Positions 1 to 6,775 of a stretch of 10,916 nucleotides of DNA are shown piece by piece; position 1 is the stretch's first letter, and each line of letters starts with the position of its first letter. The translations under genes were made by a program, and so were the position numbers. The stretch is from the IMG/VR virus record IMGVR_UViG_2695420676_000008; one strand, 5' to 3'. The notes under the pieces were generated by a model that had not been told where the DNA came from, ran no database searches, and worked only from the letters and a program-made list of their open reading frames with translations. The DNA comes from a virus. Lineage: Duplodnaviria > Heunggongvirae > Uroviricota > Caudoviricetes.

Positions 1-189
1 CCACCCATAGGTTTTACGCAGAATGGCAAGCAGCACTTTAAACTGTCGCTTGGTCAGATCTGCGCCCGAATAAGCCTCAAGCAGCATATTTGATAGTCTG
101 GCGTAACCATCATCGAGATCTGCCACATTACGCTCCTGTCCGGCAAAGTTACCTCTGCCGAAGTTGAGTATTTTTGCTGTATTTGTCAT
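1..189 (-). CDS. O: Replication initiator O, N-terminal part only (gene continues beyond window start)
   Basis: Reverse-complement translation from the ATG at 189..187 reads MTNTAKILNFGRGNFAGQERNVADLDDGYARLSNMLLEAYSGADLTKRQFKVLLAILRKTYGW, which matches lambda O N-terminus as I recall it. AGGAG Shine-Dalgarno about 6 nt upstream on the minus strand. Position downstream of cII is as in lambda. Confidence 0.85.
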   Translation of the reverse strand, partial: MTNTAKILNFGRGNFAGQERNVADLDDGYARLSNMLLEAYSGADLTKRQFKVLLAILRKTYGW

Positions 190-221
190 AATGACTCCTG
201 TGGATTGATCCAGTAATGACC

Positions 222-518
222 TCAGAATTCCATCTGGATTTGTTCAGAACGCTCGGTTGCCGCCGGGCGTTTTTTCTTTGTGATTTCATCAAGCGCATAC
301 TTAAAAGCCCTACTAATCGGACTGATGTCTGATGCCATTCCGAAAGCACACAAGACCGAAGCAATAAACCTCCAGTCTGTTCTGCTTATCTTCGATTCAT
401 GACAGCCAATCATCTTTGCCAGACCGCGCTGGGTAAGCGTTGACAGGTTGATGAGTAAATCTGTTTCTGCGCGATCAACGTCGCGCTGTGATAGTTTGCT
501 GTAACTTGTTTGTGTCAT
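222..518 (-). CDS. cII: cII-like transcriptional activator (98 aa)
   Basis: ORF track 222..518 minus. C-terminus KKKRPAATERSEQIQMEF matches lambda CII as recalled; the N-terminal part with an HTH-like segment (QRGLAKMIGCHESKISR) differs from lambda. Lies between cro and O on the same strand. Confidence 0.8.
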   Translation of the reverse strand: MTQTSYSKLSQRDVDRAETDLLINLSTLTQRGLAKMIGCHESKISRTDWRFIASVLCAFGMASDISPISRAFKYALDEITKKKRPAATERSEQIQMEF

Positions 519-551
519 TTCTTACTATTCCCATAGGTAAATAATCACTAA

Positions 552-571
552 CACTCATCTTTCGATGAGTG
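552..571 (-). terminator. Stem-loop in the cro-cII intergenic region, candidate tR1-like terminator
   Basis: On the transcribed (minus) strand: CACTCATC GAAA GATGAGTG, an 8-bp perfect stem with a GNRA-type loop, followed by a moderately U-rich stretch (TTAGTGATTATTT). No clean U-tract, so intrinsic termination is uncertain. Confidence 0.3.
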
Positions 572-582
572 CTTAATTAGTT

Positions 583-617
583 ACCGCGTTGTCGGCGGTG
601 CAGATTGATAAAGAGCG
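583..617 (-). promoter_or_regulatory. nutR-like site: boxA (609..617) plus boxB-like hairpin (583..599)
   Basis: Minus strand reads CGCTCTTTA (boxA consensus), then 9 nt, then ACCGC CGACAAC GCGGT (5-bp stem, 7-nt loop with a GACAA core resembling P22-type boxB). Located just downstream of cro, as nutR is in lambda. Confidence 0.45.
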
Positions 618-624
618 GTGTTAC

Positions 625-852
625 TTATGCAGCCAGAAGGTTCTTTTTGCTTATTTCAAGCATTTCGCTTGCTTGATATTTGCCACCAGAAATCTCTTCG
701 ATTTTTGATGCGTATTTAGTTTTCCCAAAAAACTCAGTCTTAGGGAGGAAGCCGTTTTTGAGCCACTTATAGACAGCCCTTTCGCTAACTCCACAAGCCT
801 TCGCAACTTCAGGGATGCCGACACCTTTAATCGGCTCATCAAGATTTTGCAT
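625..852 (-). CDS. cro: Cro-like HTH repressor (about 75 aa; alternative upstream start at 885 gives 86 aa)
   Basis: ORF track 625..885 minus; HTH segment IPEVAKACGVSERAVYKWLKNG. The ATG at 852 has an AAGGG Shine-Dalgarno and leaves a 78-bp divergent control region before cI. The ATG at 885 would sit inside the predicted pR -10, so the shorter form is preferred. Confidence 0.7.
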   Translation of the reverse strand: MQNLDEPIKGVGIPEVAKACGVSERAVYKWLKNGFLPKTEFFGKTKYASKIEEISGGKYQASEMLEISKKNLLAA

Positions 853-868
853 AGGAATACCCTTTTTC

Positions 869-937
869 GTACTTTCAGTACGCATTATGATTGAACTGAA
901 AGTTTTTGCAAGTGCTTTAGTATCGTACTCATGGTTC
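869..937. promoter_or_regulatory. oR region with divergent pR/pRM: three copies of a 13-bp dyad operator
   Basis: Sites GTACTTTCAGTAC (869..881), GAACTGAAAGTTT (893..905) and GTACTCATGGTTC (925..937) fit G[TA]ACT-N3-[AG]GT[AT]C. Candidate pR on the minus strand: -35 TTGCAA (906..911), 16-bp spacer, -10 CATAAT (884..889). cI starts at 931 with no Shine-Dalgarno, consistent with a leaderless pRM transcript as in lambda. Confidence 0.5.
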
Positions 938-1638
938 AGAATGAAAAAGTGCGCAAAGAATTCGCCCAGCGGCTAGCGCAAGCCTGTAAAGAAGCTGGTC
1001 TTGATGAACATGGTAGGGGAATGGCCATAGCCCGTGCCCTTTCTCTTTCGTCCAAAGGCGTTAGCAAATGGTTTAATGCTGAGTCTTTACCACGCCAGGA
1101 AAAAATGAATGCGCTTGCGAAATTTCTAAACGTTGATGTTGTTTGGCTTCAGCACGGCACTTCGTTAAATGGAGCGAATGATGAAGATACTTTTTCAATT
1201 GTTGGCAAATTAAAAAAAGGGTTAGTGCGCGTGGTTGGTGAGGCAATTCTTGGTGTTGATGGTGCCATCGAGATGACCGAAGAGCGCGATGGGTGGCTCA
1301 AGATTTATAGCGATGATCCAGATGCCTTTGGTCTTCGTGTAAAAGGAGACAGCATGTGGCCCAGAATTAAATCAGGAGAATATGTACTCATTGAGCCTAA
1401 CACCAAAGTATTCCCAGGTGATGAAGTGTTTGTCAGAACCATTGAAGGGCACAACATGATCAAGGTTCTTGGCTATGACAGAGACGGAGAATACCAATTT
1501 ACAAGCATCAATCAAGACCACAGGCCAATAACGTTGCCTTATCATCAAGTAGCAAAGGTGGAGTATGTGGCTGGTATTTTGAAGCAATCTCGCCACCTAG
1601 ATGACATCGAGGCAAGGGAATGGATTAAAAGTTCGTGA
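931..1638 (+). CDS. cI: cI-type prophage repressor, N-terminal HTH plus C-terminal S24 (LexA-like) autopeptidase domain, 235 aa
   Basis: ORF track 931..1638. Ser/Lys dyad motifs (GDSMWP; K in MIKVL) typical of LexA/cI self-cleaving repressors. Divergent from cro across the operator region. Sequence is not lambda cI, so this is a different immunity specificity. Confidence 0.9.
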   Translation: MVQNEKVRKEFAQRLAQACKEAGLDEHGRGMAIARALSLSSKGVSKWFNAESLPRQEKMNALAKFLNVDVVWLQHGTSLNGANDEDTFSIVGKLKKGLVRVVGEAILGVDGAIEMTEERDGWLKIYSDDPDAFGLRVKGDSMWPRIKSGEYVLIEPNTKVFPGDEVFVRTIEGHNMIKVLGYDRDGEYQFTSINQDHRPITLPYHQVAKVEYVAGILKQSRHLDDIEAREWIKSS

Positions 1639-1735
1639 CTTCATCGTCACATAGCTGGTAACCAATGGCCTGAAGAGACGTTTGGGTGACAAGAAGCATA
1701 GGTATTAACAATAACTTTCATGGTGATACGAATCA

Positions 1736-2278
1736 GTGGCTAAAAAAGGCGACTTTAAGCCTACCCAGAAAGAGGTTGACCAAGCTATTACTCGCTTGAA
1801 AAAAGTAACTTTTAGCGGAGTTTCGTGGACCGGAAGTGAGGGACGAACCCCAATCTGGTTTAAATTGGATCTCAAAGCTTTTGATGAAATTGGCAACCCA
1901 ATCACAGGCATAAGATTTATGCTTCACTGGCGTTCTCCTATCGTTGAAGGGGTGGATATAGTGAAGCTTTCATTTGTGATGTTTCTTCATGACAGGCGCA
2001 TTTACGCGCTTGACCCGTACCCTGCGCATAACAAGTCACACCGTAATAAATCTATAGTGCACCATCCAGATTTTGTTGAGGTGGCTCGAGGTCCTCACTA
2101 TCACATGTACTTCGAATCAGCTGGGGAAGAAATTGCACTCAAGCTTGAAACGAACATCAAGCCAGATGATTTTTTTGGCTACTGGAATTATTTTTGCGAG
2201 GCGCTTAATATCATATATGAAGGCAGCCCACCTTTACCGAATCAAGATAAATCAGGTCAGCTATCATGGGAAATGTAA
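1736..2278 (+). CDS. Hypothetical protein, gene A of an uncharacterised two-gene cassette downstream of cI (180 aa with GTG start; start uncertain)
   Basis: Long open frame 1736..2278 with no recognisable lambda homolog. Same strand as cI, with no terminator between. No clear Shine-Dalgarno for the GTG at 1736; first in-frame ATG is at 1919. 3' end overlaps the next ORF. Confidence 0.5.
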   Translation: MAKKGDFKPTQKEVDQAITRLKKVTFSGVSWTGSEGRTPIWFKLDLKAFDEIGNPITGIRFMLHWRSPIVEGVDIVKLSFVMFLHDRRIYALDPYPAHNKSHRNKSIVHHPDFVEVARGPHYHMYFESAGEEIALKLETNIKPDDFFGYWNYFCEALNIIYEGSPPLPNQDKSGQLSWEM

Positions 2279-3042
2279 CGTGTTCAACAGTCATATCTAA
2301 GCTCGGGTTTGAATGCCACCCAATGAGCGACACGTTGCTGCGCGTTATTAGTCCCTTCACATACTACGATGATTGTGAGCAGATAAGCGTATTCGTTCAA
2401 GAGATGAGTGGTCAGTATAGGGTTACAGACTACTGCGATACATTGATGAATATTGAATCACGCGGCATCCACCTGACTAAAAAGAAAATTGATCTGATCA
2501 GGTCATCACTCGCTTCGCAAGGAATTTCATTAAATGACTCTGGAGAGATATCTGCGTGGGCAGATGAGTCGTCCGTTGGACAGGTAACTGCAAATGTTAT
2601 TCGTGGTGGGATTCTTGCATCCGCCCAAACTGCTGATTGGTATGCTGAGGTCAAAGACGATAAGTTCGAAAAATGTGTAATCAGTTACTTAAAATCAGCA
2701 GGGCTTGGGAAGCGACTAGCCTTAAAGGAAAAAGTGAAAGGTATTAGTGGGCATAACATTACTGTTCCGTTAACGCTAAGGAATGAGTCTCGACTAATAC
2801 CACCAAAACGCGGGTTTACGGTAAGCCTTGCCAGCAGTAAAGGATGGAATACTGCCCACTCAACAGTTGGGAAGATTGTTGACTTAAGTCAGGTCGTTCC
2901 TGACATAAACAATAGATTTGTAATAGTTGACAGCGATGGGTTAACACCTGAGCTACAGCAACTATCACTACTATTTAATGATACCGCACGAGTGTTGCCA
3001 TTCCATACCAGAGACTCTTGGATTGACTCTCTGGTAGCCTAG
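2266..3042 (+). CDS. Hypothetical protein, gene B of the same cassette (258 aa; alternative start at 2323)
   Basis: ORF track 2266..3042. Overlaps gene A by 13 nt, suggesting translational coupling. No transmembrane-like hydrophobic stretch noticed. Followed directly by a strong terminator. Confidence 0.6.
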   Translation: MGNVTCSTVISKLGFECHPMSDTLLRVISPFTYYDDCEQISVFVQEMSGQYRVTDYCDTLMNIESRGIHLTKKKIDLIRSSLASQGISLNDSGEISAWADESSVGQVTANVIRGGILASAQTADWYAEVKDDKFEKCVISYLKSAGLGKRLALKEKVKGISGHNITVPLTLRNESRLIPPKRGFTVSLASSKGWNTAHSTVGKIVDLSQVVPDINNRFVIVDSDGLTPELQQLSLLFNDTARVLPFHTRDSWIDSLVA

Positions 3043-3073
3043 AAAAACCCGGCCTCTGCGCCGGGTTTTCTTT
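3043..3073. terminator. Rho-independent terminator, potentially bidirectional, ending the cI/cassette transcription unit
   Basis: AAAAA CCCGGC ctctgc GCCGGG TTTTCTTT: 6-bp GC stem (3048..3053 / 3060..3065) flanked by an A-run upstream and a T-run downstream. Confidence 0.7.
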
Positions 3074-3231
3074 ACCTCACGTTCGCCTCCCCTATTTAAC
3101 ATCCGCATATGTGCTAACCCACGAACTAACACGCCAGCAATACAGTCCTTTCTCCCCTACAGACCAATCTTCAATCTTTGCAAAAATAAATTTCATTACA
3201 TATCAAAAACTTATCTAATAAAATTAAAGAG

Positions 3232-3280
3232 TTGCAAAATCTCGTACTTACAGTTCTTGATAATATCGAACTATTAGTTC
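3232..3280 (+). promoter_or_regulatory. oL/pL region: two operator dyads and a candidate extended -10 promoter
   Basis: GTACTTACAGTTC (3244..3256) and GAACTATTAGTTC (3268..3280, perfect palindrome) share the oR consensus and the same 24-bp centre spacing as the first two oR sites. TGATAATAT (3258..3266) is an extended -10-like element between them; TTGCAA at 3232..3237. Exact -35/-10 assignment is uncertain. Confidence 0.5.
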
Positions 3281-3390
3281 ATTATTATCGCCGTCAGCAG
3301 CAAGCCACGCAGTGAAATGGGTGTGACTTGCTCAGGCCGCCAGAAGCAACGCGGAAAATCAATTCCAGCTTATTACGATTGAGGTGAGCC

Positions 3391-3507
3391 ATGCTCAAGA
3401 AAGTCAAACGCCGACTTTACAAAGAAGGTAGATATTCATGCCAGTTGCAAAAATGCGACACAACAAAATGGAGTGTCGATGATTGGTGTAACTGGATAGA
3501 TAGATAG
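3391..3507 (+). CDS. Small hypothetical protein (38 aa), first ORF downstream of pL
   Basis: ATG at 3391 preceded by GAGGTG Shine-Dalgarno; translation MLKKVKRRLYKEGRYSCQLQKCDTTKWSVDDWCNWIDR. Too short for an N-like antiterminator and no resemblance to one. Could be non-coding. Confidence 0.3.
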   Translation: MLKKVKRRLYKEGRYSCQLQKCDTTKWSVDDWCNWIDR

Positions 3508-3586
3508 ATACGGAACTTGGTGGGATAAATAACAGGTAACTTAAGCGTATTTACTTTCGCAGCAAACAACTTATTTGAGGTGATAT

Positions 3587-3673
3587 ATGGAAGAAGAATT
3601 TGAAGAGTTCGAAGAGCATCCTCAGGATGTGATGGAACAATACCAGGACTATCCGTATGACTACGACTATTGA
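3587..3673 (+). CDS. Small acidic protein (28 aa), positionally equivalent to lambda orf28
   Basis: ATG at 3587 with GAGG Shine-Dalgarno; translation MEEEFEEFEEHPQDVMEQYQDYPYDYDY. Overlaps the ral start by 17 nt, the same overlap as I recall for lambda orf28/ral. Confidence 0.55.
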   Translation: MEEEFEEFEEHPQDVMEQYQDYPYDYDY

Positions 3674-3857
3674 TAAAAATCAATGGTGTGGACAATTCAA
3701 GCGATGCAATGGATGCAAGCTGCAATCGGAATGCATGGTTAAGCCTGAAGAAATGTTTCCTGTAATGGAAGATGGGAAATATGTCGATAAATGGGCAATA
3801 CGAACGACGGCAATGATTGCCAGAGAACTTGGTAAACAGAACAACAAAGCTGCCTGA
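3657..3857 (+). CDS. ral: Ral, restriction alleviation protein (66 aa)
   Basis: ORF track 3657..3857; sequence MTTTIDKNQWCGQFKRCNGCKLQSECMVKPEE... matches lambda Ral as recalled. Correct synteny between pL and ea10. Confidence 0.85.
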   Translation: MTTTIDKNQWCGQFKRCNGCKLQSECMVKPEEMFPVMEDGKYVDKWAIRTTAMIARELGKQNNKAA

Positions 3858-3993
3858 TAGTGACCTTTATTTTTGGCATAAATAACAGAATAAACACTGC
3901 ACTGTGTATTCATTCCAACGAGTGAATACACGGAGCAATGTCGCTCGTAACTAAACAGGAGCCGACTTGTTCTGATTATTGGAAATCTTCTTT

Positions 3994-4019
3994 GCCCTCC
4001 AGTGTGAGGGCGATTTTTT
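3994..4019 (+). terminator. Rho-independent terminator between ral and ea10
   Basis: GCCCTC cagtgt GAGGGC followed by GATTTTTTA: 6-bp stem, 6-nt loop, T6 tract. Confidence 0.6.
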
Positions 4020-4039
4020 ATCTATGAGGATATGAATAG

Positions 4040-4408
4040 ATGTCAAACATCAAAAAATACATCATTGATTACGACTGGAAAGCATCAATGGAAATTGAAA
4101 TCGACCATGACGTAATGACAGAGGAAAAACTTCACCAGATTAATAATTTCTGGTCAGACTCTGAATACCGACTCAATAAACACGGCTCTGTATTAAATGC
4201 TGTATTAATCATGCTGGCGCAACATGCTCTGCTTATAGCAATTTCAAGCGACTTAAATGCATATGGTGTTGTGTGTGAGTTCGACTGGAATGATGGAAAT
4301 GGTCAGGAAGGATGGCCTCCAATGGATGGTAGCGAAGGAATAAGAATTACCGATATCGATACATCAGGAATATTTGATCCAGATGATATGACTATCAAAG
4401 CCGCCTGA
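4040..4408 (+). CDS. ea10: Ea10 early protein (122 aa)
   Basis: ORF track 4040..4408; length and sequence (MSNIKKYIIDYDWKAS...) agree with lambda Ea10 as recalled. Synteny between ral and cIII. Confidence 0.8.
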   Translation: MSNIKKYIIDYDWKASMEIEIDHDVMTEEKLHQINNFWSDSEYRLNKHGSVLNAVLIMLAQHALLIAISSDLNAYGVVCEFDWNDGNGQEGWPPMDGSEGIRITDIDTSGIFDPDDMTIKAA

Positions 4409-4480
4409 GCGCGGCGTTACCGCATACCAATTACGCTTCACTCGAGGCGTTTTTCGTTATGTATAAATAAGGAGCACACC

Positions 4481-4621
4481 ATGCAATATGCCATTGCAGG
4501 GTGGCCTGTTGCTGGCTGCCCTTCCGAATCTTTACTTGAACGAATCACCCGTAAATTACGTGACGGATGGAAACGCCTTATCGACATACTTAATCAGCCA
4601 GGAGTCCCCAAAAATGGATAA
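4481..4621 (+). CDS. cIII: CIII, FtsH-inhibiting regulator stabilising CII (46 aa here)
   Basis: AAGGAG Shine-Dalgarno at 4468..4473, ATG at 4481; translation [46 protein letters not shown] then TAA. Matches lambda CIII but appears to stop about 8 codons earlier than the lambda protein as I recall it. Confidence 0.85.
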   Translation: MQYAIAGWPVAGCPSESLLERITRKLRDGWKRLIDILNQPGVPKNG

Positions 4622-4757
4622 AAAACTTATGGCTATCCAGACAAAATTCACTATTGCCACTTTTATTGGCGATGAAAAGATGTTTCGTGAGGCCGTCGAC
4701 GCTTATAAAAAATGGATATTAATACTGAAACTGAGATCAAGCAAAAGCATTCACTAA
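4614..4757 (+). CDS. kil: Kil, host cell-division (FtsZ) inhibitor (47 aa)
   Basis: Internal start within ORF 4488..4757; [47 protein letters not shown] matches lambda Kil with two N-terminal substitutions. Overlaps the cIII end and the gam start (46 nt) as in lambda. Confidence 0.85.
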   Translation: MDKKLMAIQTKFTIATFIGDEKMFREAVDAYKKWILILKLRSSKSIH

Positions 4758-5128
4758 CCCCCTTTCCTGTTTTCCTAATCAGCCCGGCATTTCGCGGGCG
4801 ATATTTTCACAGCTATTTCAGGAGTTCGGCCATGAACGCTTATTACATTCAGGATCGTCTTGAGGCTCAGAGCTGGGCGCGTCACTACCAGCAGATCGCC
4901 CGTGAAGAGAAAGAGGCAGAACTGGCAGACGACATGGAAAAAGGCCTGCCCCAGCACCTGTTTGAATCGCTATGCATCGATCATTTGCAACGCCACGGGG
5001 CCAGCAAAAAAGCCATTACCCGTGCGTTTGATGACGATGTTGAGTTTCAGGAGCGCATGGCAGAACACATCCGGTACATGGTTGAAACCATTGCTCACCA
5101 TCAGGTTGATATTGATTCAGAGGTATAA
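4712..5128 (+). CDS. gam: Gam, RecBCD inhibitor (138-aa long form; short form from internal ATG at 4832)
   Basis: ORF track 4712..5128; sequence matches lambda Gam as recalled. The internal ATG at 4832 (MNAYYIQ...) is preceded by a strong CAGGAG Shine-Dalgarno, consistent with the known short Gam form. Confidence 0.95.
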   Translation: MDINTETEIKQKHSLTPFPVFLISPAFRGRYFHSYFRSSAMNAYYIQDRLEAQSWARHYQQIAREEKEAELADDMEKGLPQHLFESLCIDHLQRHGASKKAITRAFDDDVEFQERMAEHIRYMVETIAHHQVDIDSEV

Positions 5129-5133
5129 AACGG

Positions 5134-5919
5134 ATGAGTACAGCACTCGCAACGCTGGCTGGGAAGCTGGCTGAACGTGTCGGCATGGATTCTGTCGACC
5201 CACAGGAACTGATCACCACTCTTCGCCAGACGGCATTTAAAGGTGATGCCAGCGATGCGCAGTTCATCGCATTACTGATCGTTGCCAACCAGTACGGCCT
5301 TAATCCGTGGACGAAAGAAATTTACGCCTTTCCTGATAAGCAGAATGGCATCGTTCCGGTAGTGGGCGTTGATGGCTGGTCCCGCATCATCAATGAAAAC
5401 CAGCAGTTTGATGGCATGGACTTTGAACAGGACAACGAATCCTGCACATGCCGTATTTACCGCAAGGACCGTAATCATCCGATCTGCGTTACCGAATGGA
5501 TGGATGAATGCCGCCGCGAACCATTCAAAACCCGCGAAGGCAGAGAAATCACGGGGCCGTGGCAGTCGCATCCCAAACGGATGTTACGGCATAAAGCCAT
5601 GATTCAGTGTGCCCGCCTGGCCTTCGGATTTGCTGGTATCTATGACAAGGATGAAGCCGAGCGCATTGTCGAAAATACCGCATACACTGCAGAACGCCAG
5701 CCGGAACGCGACATCACTCCGGTAAACGATGAAACCATGCAGGAGATTAACACTCTGCTGATCGCCCTGGATAAAACATGGGATGACGACTTATTGCCGC
5801 TCTGTTCCCAGATATTTCGCCGCGACATTCGCGCATCGTCAGAACTGACACAGGCCGAAGCAGTGAAAGCTCTTGGATTCCTGAAACAGAAAGCCGCAGA
5901 GCAGAAGGTGGCAGCATGA
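5134..5919 (+). CDS. bet: Bet (Red-beta) single-strand annealing recombinase, 261 aa
   Basis: ORF track 5134..5919; [38 protein letters not shown]... matches lambda Bet as recalled. Confidence 0.95.
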   Translation: MSTALATLAGKLAERVGMDSVDPQELITTLRQTAFKGDASDAQFIALLIVANQYGLNPWTKEIYAFPDKQNGIVPVVGVDGWSRIINENQQFDGMDFEQDNESCTCRIYRKDRNHPICVTEWMDECRREPFKTREGREITGPWQSHPKRMLRHKAMIQCARLAFGFAGIYDKDEAERIVENTAYTAERQPERDITPVNDETMQEINTLLIALDKTWDDDLLPLCSQIFRRDIRASSELTQAEAVKALGFLKQKAAEQKVAA

Positions 5920-6596
5920 CACCGGACATTATCCTGCAGCGTACCGGGATCGACGTGAGAGCTGTCGAACAGGGGGATGATGCGTGGCACAAATTACGGC
6001 TCGGCGTCATCACAGCTTCAGAAGTTCATAACGTAATAGCAAAACCCCGCTCCGGAAAAAAGTGGCCTGACATGAAAATGTCCTACTTCCACACCCTGCT
6101 TGCTGAGGTTTGCACCGGTGTGGCTCCGGAAGTTAACGCTAAAGCGCTGGCCTGGGGAAAACAGTACGAGAACGACGCCAGAGCCCTGTTTGAGTTCACT
6201 TCCGGCGTGAATGTTACTGAATCACCGATCATCTATCGCGACGAAAGTATGCGTACCGCCTGCTCTCCCGATGGTTTATGCAGTGACGGCAACGGCCTTG
6301 AACTGAAATGCCCGTTTACCTCCCGGGATTTCATGAAGTTCCGGCTCGGTGGTTTCGAGGCCATAAAGTCAGCTTACATGGCCCAGGTGCAGTACAGCAT
6401 GTGGGTGACGCGAAAAGATGCCTGGTACTTTGCCAACTATGACCCGCGTATGAAGCGTGAAGGACTGCATTATGTCGTGGTTGAGCGGGATGAAAAGTAC
6501 ATGGCGAGTTTTGACGAGATGGTGCCGGAGTTCATCGAAAAAATGGACGAGGCACTGGCTGAAATTGGTTTTGTATTTGGGGAGCAATGGCGATGA
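5916..6596 (+). CDS. exo: Exo (Red-alpha) 5'-3' dsDNA exonuclease, 226 aa
   Basis: ORF track 5916..6596; [43 protein letters not shown]... matches lambda Exo. 4-nt ATGA overlap with bet, as in lambda. Confidence 0.95.
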   Translation: MTPDIILQRTGIDVRAVEQGDDAWHKLRLGVITASEVHNVIAKPRSGKKWPDMKMSYFHTLLAEVCTGVAPEVNAKALAWGKQYENDARALFEFTSGVNVTESPIIYRDESMRTACSPDGLCSDGNGLELKCPFTSRDFMKFRLGGFEAIKSAYMAQVQYSMWVTRKDAWYFANYDPRMKREGLHYVVVERDEKYMASFDEMVPEFIEKMDEALAEIGFVFGEQWR

Positions 6597-6775
6597 CGCA
6601 TCCTCACGATAATATCCGGGTAGGCGCGATCACTTTCATCTACTCCGTTACAAAGCGAGACTGGGTATTTCCCGGCCTTTCTGTTATCCAAAATCCACTG
6701 AAAGCCCAGCGGCTGGCTGAGGAGATAAATAATAAACGAGGGGCTGTATGCACAAAACATCTCCCGTTGAGTTAA
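6593..6775 (+). CDS. orf60a: Lambda orf60a-like small protein (60 aa)
   Basis: Start ATG overlaps the exo stop (ATGA at 6593..6596), the same coupling as in lambda. Position, length and sequence are consistent with lambda orf60a as recalled. The ORF track extends to 6587 (MAMT...). Confidence 0.7.
   Translation: MTHPHDNIRVGAITFIYSVTKRDWVFPGLSVIQNPLKAQRLAEEINNKRGAVCTKHLPLS

Noticed and set aside
149-364. 71-aa minus-strand ORF spanning the O/cII junction
   Set aside because: It is in a different frame from, and overlaps, the well-supported O and cII coding sequences; likely a frame artefact.
651-842. 63-aa minus-strand ORF inside cro in another frame
   Set aside because: Alternative frame of the cro region; the HTH-containing frame is the credible one.
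625-885. Longer 86-aa form of cro starting at 885
   Set aside because: That start would lie inside the predicted pR -10 and leave only 45 bp for the divergent promoter/operator region. The ATG at 852 with a Shine-Dalgarno is more plausible, though the long form is not excluded.
1372-1927. Minus-strand ORFs 1372..1596, 1705..1911 and 1733..1927
   Set aside because: Antisense to cI and to gene A, with no start signals or supporting context; treated as spurious.
2073-2654. ORFs 2073..2300 (+) and 2430..2654 (-)
   Set aside because: Alternative-frame or antisense overlaps of cassette genes A and B; no independent support.
3494-3509. Tetranucleotide repeat (GATA)x4 at the end of the 38-codon ORF
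   Set aside because: Only four units, too short for meaningful slipped-strand phase variation; probably incidental.
3417-3931. Minus-strand ORFs 3417..3725 (102 aa) and 3680..3931 (83 aa)
   Set aside because: Antisense to the small ORF, orf28 and ral, which match the lambda gene order on the plus strand; likely spurious.
4411-4456. Possible weak terminator after ea10 (GCGG..CCGC and ACGC..GCGT stems with TTTT)
   Set aside because: Stems are only 4 bp with large loops; too weak to call as a terminator from sequence alone.
4488-4757. Full 89-aa ORF 4488..4757 as a single gene
   Set aside because: Its 5' part is the cIII region read in another frame; the real gene is kil starting at the internal ATG at 4614.
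4775-6013. Alternative-frame and antisense ORFs within gam/bet/exo (4775..4957, 4860..5174, 5016..5288, 5272..5571, 5369..5602, 5640..5990, 5747..6013)
   Set aside because: All overlap the confidently identified gam, bet and exo genes; typical high-GC shadow ORFs.
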